Shown one piece after another: positions 52,001-64,000 of a stretch of DNA of 64,000 nt. Positions within the stretch are counted from its first letter, which is position 1. Every line of letters begins with the position of its first letter. The DNA lies in contig OZ024744.1 of NCBI GenBank assembly GCA_964016885.1, forward strand, positions 119,660,001 to 119,724,000, written 5' to 3'. The translations under genes were made by a program, and so were the position numbers. A model generated the notes under the pieces. That model was not told the origin of the DNA. It searched no databases and saw only the letters and a list, made by a program, of their open reading frames with translations. Origin of the DNA: Eledone cirrhosa. Lineage: Eukaryota.

Positions 52001-55000
52001 CTTTCCTGAGACATTCTAACCACATGTATCAGAGATATTCTTAATAGTGATCTCTCAATTCAGAGATTCTTTCCTGAGACATTCTAACTCCGTGTCCACA
52101 GTATCAGAGCTGTGATCTCTCAATTTAGAGATTCTTTCCTGAGATATTCTAACCACATGTCATAGTATTAGAGATGTGATCTCTCAATTCAGAGATTCTT
52201 TCCTGAGACATTCTAACCGCATGTCTGTAGTATCAAAGCTGTATGCTCTCAATTCAGAGATTCTTTCCTGAGACATTCTAACCACATGTCATAGTAGCGG
52301 AGCTGTGATATCTCAATTCAGAGATTCTTTCCTGAGATATTCTAACCACATGTCATAGTATCAGAGCTGTGATCTCTCAATTCAGATATTCTTTCCTGAG
52401 ACATTCTAACCACATGTCATAGTATTAGAGCTGTGATCTCTCAATTCAGAGATTCTTTCCTGAGAAATTCTAACCTTATGTCTGTAGTATCAGAGCTGTG
52501 ATCTCTCAATTCAGAGATTCTTTCCTGAGACATTCTAACTCCATGTCCACAGTATCAGAGCTGTGATCTCTCAATTCAGAGATTCTTTGCTGAGATATTC
52601 AAACCACATGTCATAGTATCAGAGCTGTGATCTCTCAATTCAAAGATTCTTTCCTGAGACATTCTAACCACATGTCATAGTATTAGAGCTGCGATCTCTC
52701 AATTCAGAGATTCTTTCCTGAGACATTCTTACCGCATGTCATAGTATCAGCGCTGTGATCTCTCAATTTAGAGATTCTTTCCTGAGACATTCTAACCACA
52801 TGTCATAGTATCAGAGCTGTGATATCTCAATTCAGAGATTCTTTCCTGAGACATTCTAACCACATGTCATATTATTACAGCTGTGATCTCTCAATTCAGA
52901 GATTCTTTCCTGAGACATTCTTACCACATTTCATATTATCAGAGCTGTGATCTCTCAATTTAGAGATTCTTTCCTGAGATATTCTAACCAAATGTCATAG
53001 TATCAGAGCTGTGATCTCTCAATTCAGAGATTCTTTCCTGGGATATTCTTACCACATGTCATAATATTAGAGCTGTGATCTCTCAATTCAGATATTCTTT
53101 CCTGAGACATTCTAACCACATGTCAGAGGATCAGATTTGTGATCTCTCAATTCAGAGATTCTTTCCTGAGATATTCTAACCACATGTCATAGTATCAGAG
53201 CTGTGATCTCTCAATTCAGAGATTCTTTCCAGAGACATTTTAACCACATGTCATACTATCAGAGCTGTGATATCTCAATTCAGAGATTCTTTCCTGATAT
53301 ATTCTAACCACATGTCATAGTATCAGAGCTGTGATATCTTAATTCAGAGATTCTTTCCTAAGAACTTCTAACCACATGTCTGTAGTATCAGAGCTGTGAT
53401 CTCTCAATTCAGAGATTTTTTCCTGAGATATTCTAACCACATTTCATAGTATCAGAGCTGTGATATCTCCATACAGAGATTCTTTCCTGATATATTCTAA
53501 CCACATGTCATAGTATCAGAGCTGTGATATCTCAATTCAGAGATTCTTTCCTGAGAACTTCTAACCACATGTCTGTAGTATCAGAGCTGTGATCTCTCAA
53601 TTCAGAGATTCTTTCCTGAGATATCCTAAACACATGTCATAGTATCAGAGCTGTGATCTCTCAATTCAGAGATTCTTTCCTCAGACATTCTAACCACATG
53701 TCATAGTATCAGAGCTGTGATCTCTCAATTCAGATATTCTTTCCTGAGACATTCTAACCACATGTCATAGTATCAGAGCTGTGATCTCTCAATTCAGAGA
53801 TTCTTTCCTGAGACATTCTAACTCCGTGTCCACAGTATCAGAGCTGTGATCTCTCAATTTAGAGATTCTTTCCTGAGATATTCTAACCACATGTCATAGT
53901 ATTAGAGATGTGATCTCTCAATTCAGAGATTCTTTCCTGAGACATTCTAACCGCATGTCTGTAGTATCAAAGCTGTATGCTCTCAATTCAGAGATTCTTT
54001 CCTGAGACATTCTAACCACATGTCATAGTAGCGGAGCTGTGATATCTCAATTCAGAGATTCTTTCCTGAGATATTCTAACCACATGTCATAGTATCAGAG
54101 CTGTGATCTCTCAATTCAGAGATTCTTTCCTGAGATATTCTAACCACATATCATAGTATCAGAGCTGTGATCTCTCAATTCAGAGATTCTGTCCTGAGAA
54201 CATCTAACCACATGTCTGTAGTATCAGAGCTGTGATCTCTCAATTCAGAGATTCTTTCCTGAGACATTCTAACCACATGTCATATTATTAGAGCTGTGAT
54301 CTCTCAATTCAGATATTCTTTCCTGAGACATTCTAACCACATGTCATAGTATCAGAGCTGTGATATCTCCATACAGAGATTCTTTCCTGATATATTCTAA
54401 CCACATGTCATAGTATCAAAGCTGTGATATCTCAATTCAGAGATTCTTTCCTGAGACATTATAACCTCATGTCATAGTATCAGAGCTGTGATCTCTCAAT
54501 TCAGAGATTCTTTCCTGAGACATTATAACCTCATGTCATAGTATCAGAGCTGTGATCTCTCAATTCAGAGATTCTTTCCTGAGACATTATAACCACATGT
54601 ATCAGAGATATTCTTAATAGTGATCTCTCAATTCAGAGATTCTTTCCTGAGACATTCTAACTCCGTGTCCACAGTATCAGAGATGTGATCTCTCAATTTA
54701 GAGATTCTTTCCTGAGATATTCTAACCACATGTCTGTAGTATCAGAGCTGTATGCTCTCAATTCAGAGATTCTTTCCTGAGACATTCTAACCACATGTCA
54801 CAGTATCAGAGCTGTGATCTCTCAATTCAGAGATTCTTTCCTGGGATATTCTAACCACATGTCATAGTATCAGAGCTGTGATCTCTCAATTCAGAGATTC
54901 TTTACTGAGATATTGTAACCACATATCATAGTATCAGAGCTGTGATCTCTCAATTCAGAGATTCTTTCCTGGGATATTCGAACCACATGTCATAGTATCA

Positions 55001-58000
55001 GAGCTGTGATCTCTCAATTCAGAGATTCTATCCTGAGACATTCTAACCACATGTCATAGTATCAGAGCTGTGATCTCTCAATTTAGAGATTCTTTCATGA
55101 GATATTCTAACCACAAGTCATAGTATCAGAGCTGTGATCTCTCAATTCAGAGATTCTTTCCTGAGACATTCTAACCCCATGTCATATTATCAGAGCTGTG
55201 ATCTCTCAATTCAGAGATTCTTTACTGAGATATTGTAACCACATATCATAGTATCAGAGCTGTGATCTCTCAATTCAGAGATTCTTTCCTGAGATATTCT
55301 AACCACATGTCATATTATCAGAGCTGTGATCTCTCAATTCAGAGATTCTTTCCTGAGACATTTTAACCACATGTCATACTATCAGAGCTGTGATATCTCA
55401 ATTCAGAGATTCTTTCCTGAGATATTCTAACCACATGTCATAGGATCAGATTTGTGATCTCTCAATTCAGAGATTCTTTCCTGAGATATTCTAACCACAT
55501 GTCATAGTATCAGAGCTGTGATCTCTCAATTCAGAGATTCTTTCCTGAGACATTCAACCCCATGTCATAGTATCAGAGCTGTGATCTCTCAATTCAGAGA
55601 TTCTTTCCTGAGACATTTTAACCACATGTCATACTATCAGAGCTGTGATATCTCAATTCAGAGATTCTTTCCTGATATATTCTAACCACATGTCATAGTA
55701 TCAGAGCTGTGATCTCTCAATTCAGAGATTCTTTCCTGAGATATTCTAACCACATGTCATAGTATCAGAGCTGTGATCTCTCAATTCAGAGATTCTTTCC
55801 TGAGACATTCTAACCACATGTCTGTAGTATCAGAGCTGTATGCTCTCAATTCAGAGATTCTTTCCTGAGACATTCTAACCACATGTCACAGTATTAGAGC
55901 TGTGATCTCTCAATTCAGAGATTCTTTCCTGGGATATTCTAACCACATGTCATAGTATCAGAGCTGTGATCTCTCAATTCAGAGATTCTTTCCTGAGATA
56001 TTGTAACCACATATCATAGTATCAGAGCTGTGATCTCTCAATTCAGAGATTCTTTCCTGGGATATTCGAACCACATGTCATAGTATCAGAGCTGTGATCT
56101 CTCAATTCAGAGATTCTATCCTGAGACATTCTAACCACATGTCATAGTATCAGAGCTGTGATCTCTCAATTCAGAGATTCTTTCCTGAGACATTTTAACC
56201 ACATGTCATACTATCAGAGCTGTGATATCTCAATTCAGAGATTCTTTCCTGATATATTCTAACCACATGTCATAGTATCAGAGCTGTGATATCTCAATTC
56301 AGAGATTCTTTCCTAAGAACTTCTAACCACATGTCTGTAGTATCAGAGCTGTGATCTCTCAATTCAGAGATTTTTTCCTGAGATATTCTAACCACATGTC
56401 ATATTATTAGAGCTGTGATATCTCAATTCAGAGATTCTTTCCTGAGACATTCTAACCACATGTCATAGTATCAGAGCTGTGATATCACCATACAGAGATT
56501 CTTTCCTGATATATTCTAACCACATGTCATAGTATCAGAGCTGTGATATCTCAATTCAGAGATTCTTTCCTGAGAACTTCTAACCACATGTCTGTAGTAT
56601 CAGAGCTGTGATCTCTCAATTCAGAGATTCTTTCCTGAGATATCCTAAACACATGTCATAGTATCAGAGCTGTGATCTCTCAATTCAGAGATTCTTTCCT
56701 GAGACATTCTAACCACATGTCATAGTATCAGAGCTGTGATCTGTCAATTCAGATATTCTTTCCTGAGACATTCTAACCACATGTATCAGAGATATTCTTA
56801 ATAGTGATCTCTCAATTCAGAGATTCTTTCCTGAGACATTCTAACTCCGTGTCCACAGTATCAGAGCTGTGATCTCTCAATTTAGAGATTCTTTCCTGAG
56901 ATATTCTAACCACATGTCATAGTATTAGAGATGTGATCTCTTAATTTAGAGATTCTTTCATGAGATATTCTAACCACATGTCATAGTATCAGAGCTGTGA
57001 TCTCTCAATTCAGAGATTCTTTCCTGAGACATTCTAACCACATGTCATAGTATCAGTGCTGTGATCTCTCAATTCAGAGATTCTTTCATGAGATATTCTA
57101 ACCACATGTCATAGTATCAGAACTGTGATCTCTCAATTCAGAGATTCTTTTCTGTGATATTCTAACCACATGTCATATTATCAGAGCTATAATCTCTCAA
57201 TTCAGATATTCTTTCCTGAGACATTCTAACCACATGTCATAGGATCAGATTTGTGATCTCTCAATTCAGAGATTCTTTCCTGAGATATTCTAACCACATG
57301 TCATAGTATCAGAGCTGTGATCTCTCAATTCAGAGATTTTTCCTGAGACATTCTAACCACATGTCATAGTATTAGAGCTGTGATCTCTCAATTCAGAGAT
57401 TCTTTCCTGAGACATTCTAACCACATGTCATAGTATCAGAGCTGTGATCTCTCAATTCAGAGATTCTTTCCTGGGATATTCTTACCACATGTCATAATAT
57501 CAGAGCTGTGATCTCTCAATTCACATATTCTTTCCTGAGACATTTTAACCACATGTCAGAGGATCAGATTTGTGATCTCTCAATTCAGAGATTCTTTCCT
57601 GAGATATTCTAACCACATGTCATAGTATCAGAGCTGTGATCTCTCAATTCAGAGATTCTTTCCTGAGACATTCTAACCCCATGTCATAGTATCAGAGCTG
57701 TGATCTCTCAATTCAGAGATTCTTTCCTGAGACATTTTAACCACATGTCATACTATCAGAGCTGTGATATCTCAATTCAGAGATTCTTTCCTGATATATT
57801 CTAACCACATGTCATAGTATCAGAGCTGTGATCTCTCAATTCAGAGATTCTTTCCTGAGATATTCTAACCACATGTCATAGTATCAGAGCTGTGATCTCT
57901 CAATTCAGAGATTCTTTCCTGAGACATTTTAACAATATGTCATACTATCAGAGCTGTGATATCTCAATTCAGAGATTCTTTCCTGATATATTCTAACCAC

Positions 58001-61000
58001 ATGTCATAGTATCAGAGCTGTGATATCTCAATTCAGAGATTCTTTCCTGAGAACTTCTAACCACATGTCTGTAGTATCAGAGCTGTGATCTCTCAATTCA
58101 GAGATTTTTTCCTGAGACATTCTAACCACATGTCATAGTATCAGAGCTGTGATATCACCATACAGAGATTCTTTCCTGATATATTCTAACCACATGTCAT
58201 AGTATCAGAGCTGTGATATCTCAATTCAGAGATTATTTCCTGAGAACTTCTAACCACATGTCTGTAGTATCAGAGCTGTGATCTCTCAATTCAGAGATTC
58301 TTTCCTGAGATATTCTAAACACATGTCATAGTATCAGAGCTGTGATCTCTCAATTCAGAGATTCTTTCCTGAGACATTCTAACTACATGTCATAGTATCA
58401 GAACTGTGATCTCTCAATTCAGAGATTCTTTCCTGAGACATTCTAACCACATGTCATAGTATCGGAGCTGTGATCTCTCAATTCAGAGATTCTTTCCTGA
58501 GACATTCTAACCACATGTATCAGAGATATTCTTAATAGTGATCTCTCAATTCAGAGATTCTTTCCTGAGACATTCTAACTCCGTGTCCACAGTATCAGAG
58601 CTGTGATTTCTCAATTTAGAGATTCTTTCCTGAGATATTCTAACCACCTGTCATAGTATTAGAGATGTGATCTCTCGATTCAGAGATTCTTTCCTGAGAC
58701 ATTCTAACCACATGTCTGTAGTATCAAAGCTGTATACTCTCAATTCAGAGATTCTTTCCTGAGACATTCTAACCACATGTCATAGTAGCGGAGCTGTGAT
58801 ATCTCAATTCAGAGATTCTTTCCTGAGATATTCTAACCACATGTCATAGTATCAGAGCTGTGATCTCTCAATTCAGAGATTCTTTCCTGAGATATTCTAA
58901 CCACATGTCTGTAGTATCAGAGCTGTGATCTCTCAATTCAGAGATTCTTTCCTGGGATATTCTAACCACATGTCATAGTATCCGAGCTGTGATCTCTCAA
59001 TTCAGAGATTCTTTCCTGATATATTCTAACCACATGTCATAGTATCAGAGCTGTGATATCTCAATTCAGAGATTCTTTCCTAAGAACTTCTAACCACATG
59101 TCTGGAGTATCAGAGCTGTGATCTCTCAATTCAGAGATTTTTTCCTGAGATATTCTAACCACATGTCATATTATTAGAGCTGTGATATCTCAATTCAGAG
59201 ATTCTTTCCTGAGACATTCTAACCACATGTCATAGTATCAGAGCTGTGATATCACCATACAGAGATTCTTTCCTGATATATTCTAACCACATGTCATAGT
59301 ATCAGAGCTGTGATATCTCAATTCAGAGATTCTTTCCTGAGAACTTCTAACCACATGTCTGTAGTATCAGAGCTGTGATCTCTCAATTCAGAGATTCTTT
59401 CCTGAGATATCCTAAACACATGTCATAGTATCAGAGCTGTGATCTCTCAATTCAGAGATTCTTTCCTGAGACATTCTAACCACATGTCATAGTATCAGAG
59501 CTGTGATCTGTCAATTCAGATATTCTTTCCTGAGACATTCTAACCACATGTATCAGAGATATTCTTAATAGTGATCTCTCAATTCAGAGATTCTTTCCTG
59601 AGACATTCTAACTCCATGTCCACAGTATCAGAGCTGTGATCTCTCAATTTAGAGATTCTTTCCTGAGATATTCTAACCACATGTCATAGTATTAGAGATG
59701 TGATCTCTTAATTTAGAGATTCTTTCATGAGATATTCTAACCACATGTCATAGTATCAGAGCTGTGATCTCTCAATTCAGAGATTCTTTCCTGAGACATT
59801 CTAACCACATGTCATAGTATCAGTGCTGTGATCTCTCAATTCAGAGATTCTTTCATGAGATATTCTAACCACATGTCATAGTATCAGAACTGTGATCTCT
59901 CAATTCAGAGATTCTTTTCTGTGATATTCTAACCACATGTCATATTATCAGAGCTATGATCTCTCAATTCAGATATTCTTTCCTGAGACATTCTAACCAC
60001 ATGTCATAGGATCAGATTTGTGATCTCTCAATTCAGAGATTCTTTCCTGAGATATTCTAACCACATGTCATAGTATCAGAGCTGTGATCTCTCAATTCAG
60101 AGATTTTTCCTGAGACATTCTAACCACATGTCATAGTATTAGAGCTGTGATCTCTCAATTCAGAGATTCTTTCCTGAGACATTCTAACCACATGTCATAG
60201 TATCAGAGCTGTGATCTCTCAATTCAGAGATTCTTTCCTGGGATATTCTTACCACATGTCATAATATCAGAGCTGTGATCTCTCAATTCACATATTCTTT
60301 CCTGAGACATTTTAACCACATGTCAGAGGATCAGATTTGTGATCTCTCAATTCAGAGATTCTTTCCTGAGATATTCTAACCACATGTCATAGTATCAGAG
60401 CTGTGATCTCTCAATTCAGAGATTCTTTCCTGAGACATTCTAACCCCATGTCATAGTATCAGAGCTGTGATCTCTCAATTCAGAGATTCTTTCCTGAGAC
60501 ATTTTAACCACATGTCATACTATCAGAGCTGTGATATCTCAATTCAGAGATTCTTTCCTGATATATTCTAACCACATGTCATAGTATCAGAGCTGTGATC
60601 TCTCAATTCAGAGATTCTTTCCTGAGATATTCTAACCACATGTCATAGTATCAGAGCTGTGATCTCTCAATTCAGAGATTCTTTCCTGAGACATTTTAAC
60701 CATATGTCATACTATCAGAGCTGTGATATCTCAATTCAGAGATTCTTTCCTGATATATTCTAACCACATGTCAGAGGATCAGATTTGTGATCTCTCAATT
60801 CAGAGATTCTTTCCTGAGATATTCTAACCACATGTCATAGTATCAGAGCTGTGATCTCTCAATTCAGAGATTCTTTCCTGAGACATTCTAACCACATGTC
60901 ATAGTATCAGAGCTGTGATCTCTCAATTCAGAGATTCTTCCTGAGACATTTTAACCACATGTCATACTATCAGAGCTGTGATATCTCAATTCAGAGATTC

Positions 61001-64000
61001 TTTCCTGATATATTGTAACCACATGTCATAGTATCAGAGCTGTGATATCTCAATTCAGAGATTCTTTCCTGAGAACTTCTCACCACATGTCTGTAGTATC
61101 AGAGCTGTGATCTCTCAATTCAGAGATTTTTTCCTGAGACATTCTAACGACATGTCATATTATTTAAGCTGTGATATCTCAATTCAGAGATTCTTTCCTG
61201 AGACATTCTAACCACATGTCATAGTATCAGAGCTGTGATATCTCAATTCAGAGATTCTTTCCTGATATATTCTAACCACATGTCATAGTATCAGAGCTGT
61301 GATATCTCCATACAGAGATTCTTTCCTGATATATTCTAACCACATGTCATAGTATCAGAGCTGTGATATCTCAATTCAGAGATTCTTTCCTTAGAACTTC
61401 TAACCACATGTCTCTAGTATCAGAGCTGTGATCTCTCAATTCAGAGATTCTTTCCTGAGATATTCTAAACACATGTCATAGTATCAGAGCTGTGATCTCT
61501 CAATTCAGAGATTCTTTCCTGAGACATTCTAACCACATGTCATAGTATCAGAGCTGTGATCTCTCAATTCAGAGATTCTTTCCTGAGACATTCTAACCAC
61601 ATGTATCAGAGATATTCTTAATAGTGATCTCTCAATTCAGAGATTCTTTCCTGAGACATTCTAACTCCGTGTCCACAGTATCAGAGCTGTGATCTCTCAA
61701 TTTAGAGATTCTTTCCTGAGATATTCTAACCACATGTCATAGTATTAGAGATGTGATCTCTCAATTCAGAGATTCTTTCCTGAGACATTCTAACCACATG
61801 TCTGTAGTATCAAAGCTGTATGCTCTCAATTCAGAGATTCTTTCCTGAGACATTCTAACCACATGTCATAGTAGCGGAGCTGTGATATCTCAATTCAGTG
61901 ATTCTTTCCTGAGATATTCTAACCACATATCATAGTTTCAGAGCTGTGATCTCTCAATTCAGAGATTCTTTCCTGAGATATTCTAACCACATGTCTGTAG
62001 TATCAGAGCTGTGATCTCTCAATTCAGAGATTCTTTCCTGAGACATTCTAACCACATGTCACAGTATCAGAGCTGTGATATCTCAATTCAGAGATTCTTT
62101 CCTGGGATATTCTAACCACATGTCATAGTATCAGAGCTGTGATCTCTCAATTCAGAGATTCTTTACTGAGATATTGTAACCACATGTCATAGTATCAGGG
62201 CTGTGATCTCTCAATTCAGAGATTCTTTCCTGGGATATTCGAACCACATGTCATAGTATCAGAGCTGTGATCTCTCAATTCAGAGATTCTATCCTGAGAC
62301 ATTCTAACCACATGTCATAGTATCAGAGCTGTGATCTCTCAATTCAGATATTCTTTCCTGAGACATTCTAACCACATGTCATATTATTAAAGCTGTGATC
62401 TCTCAATTCAGAGATTCTTTCCTGAGAAATTCTAACCTTATGTCTGTAGTATCAGAGCTGTGATCTCTCAATTCAGAGATTCTTTCCTGAGACATTCTAA
62501 CCACATGTCATAGTAGCGGAGCTGTGATATCTCAATTCAGTGATTCTTTCCTGAGATATTCTAACCACATATCATAGTTTCAGAGCTGTGATCTCTCAAT
62601 TCAGAGATTCTTTCCTGAGATATTCTAACCACATGTCTGTAGTATCAGAGCTGTGATCTCTCAATTCAGAGATTCTTTCCTGAGACATTCTAACCACATG
62701 TCACAGTATCAGAGCTGTGATATCTCAATTCAGAGATTCTTTCCTGGGATATTCTAACCACATGTCATAGTATCAGAGCTGTGATCTCTCAATTCAGAGA
62801 TTCTTTACTGAGATATTGTAACCACATGTCATAGTATCAGGGCTGTGATCTCTCAATTCAGAGATTCTTTCCTGGGATATTCGAACCACATGTCATAGTA
62901 TCAGAGCTGTGATCTCTCAATTCAGAGATTCTATCCTGAGACATTCTAACCACATGTCATAGTATCAGAGCTGTGATCTCTCAATTCAGATATTCTTTCC
63001 TGAGACATTCTAACCACATGTCATATTATTAAAGCTGTGATCTCTCAATTCAGAGATTCTTTCCTGAGAAATTCTAACCTTATGTCTGTAGTATCAGAGC
63101 TGTGATCTCTCAATTCAGAGATTCTTTCCTGAGACATTCTAACCACATGTCATAGTATCAGTGCTGTGATCTCTCAATTCAGAGATTCTTTCCTAAGATA
63201 TTCTAACCACATGTCATAGTATCAGAGCTGTGATCTCTCAATTCAGAGATTCTTTCCTGGGATATTCTAACCACATGTCTTAATATCAGGGCTGTGATCT
63301 CTCAATTCAGAGATTCTTTCCTGAGACATTCTAACCAAATGTCATAGTATCAGCGCTGTGATCTCTCAATTTAGGGATCCTTTCCTGAGACATTCTAACC
63401 ACATGTCATAGTATCAGAGCTGTGATATCTCAATTCAGAGATTCTTTCCTGAGACATTCTAACCACATGTCATATTATTAGAGCTGTGATCTCTCAATTC
63501 AGATATTCTTTCCTGAGACATTCTTACCACATGTCATAGTATCAGAGCTGTGATCTCTCAATTTAGAGATTCTTTCCTGAGATATTCTAACCACATGTCA
63601 TAGTATCAGAGCTGTGATCTCTCAATTCAGAGATTCTTTCCTGGGATATTCTTACCACATGTCATAATATCAGAGCTGTGATCTCTCAATTCACATATTC
63701 TTTCCTGAGACATTCTAACCACATGTCAGAGGATCAGATTTGTGATCTCTCAATTCAGAGATTCTTTCCTGAGATATTCTAACCACATGTAATACTATCA
63801 GAGCTGTGATCTCTCAATTCAGAGATTCTTTCCTGAGAACATCTAACCACATGTCTGTAGTATCAGAGATGTGATCTCTCAATTCAGAGATTCTTTCCTG
63901 AGACATTCTAACCACATGTCACAGTATCAGTGCTGTGATCTCTCAATTCAGAGATTCTTTCCTGGGATATTCTAACCACATGTCATAGTATCCGAGCTGT
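40001..64000. repeat. Satellite DNA array, 64-bp monomer (about 370 copies, continues past the window end)
   Basis: Consensus tcagagctgtgatctctcaattcagagattctttcctgagacattctaaccacatgtcatagta; period checked at 41821/41885/41949/42013; 65- and 68-bp variants occur. Confidence 0.99.

Noticed and set aside
40001-64000. Satellite as a CRISPR array or C2H2 zinc-finger coding array
   Set aside because: No unique spacers; the period is 64, not 84 nor a multiple of 3; the ORF track shows nothing of 60 aa or more within the array

Overview
Repeat-only eukaryotic window with no host gene. An octopus-type tRNA/Nin-domain SINE and dense (TA)n/(CA)n runs point to an octopod cephalopod (inference). Bases 1-39800 are a nest of Penelope-like retroelements (PLEs; RT + GIY-YIG) from at least five coding lineages, and most intact 3' ends are joined to (TA)n. 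One apparently full-length Naiad-type ORF (18378-21053, minus) sits in a near-perfect 3.6-kb-arm inverted duplication. At 12947-24778 four unrelated elements lie in a row, each as a head-to-head pair with both 3' ends in (TA)n. Their 3' UTRs carry many minimal type I hammerhead ribozyme (HHR) motifs. Two non-coding repeats carry atypical HHR-like motifs, one with a very long stem II and one with scrambled strand order. Also present: a hAT MITE with TSD, a non-autonomous Helitron, an RTE 3' end with TSD and an R4/Dong fragment. After a 200-N gap, 40001-64000 is an uninterrupted 64-bp satellite with irregular higher-order duplications. Coordinates and folds were read by eye, and no database search was run.
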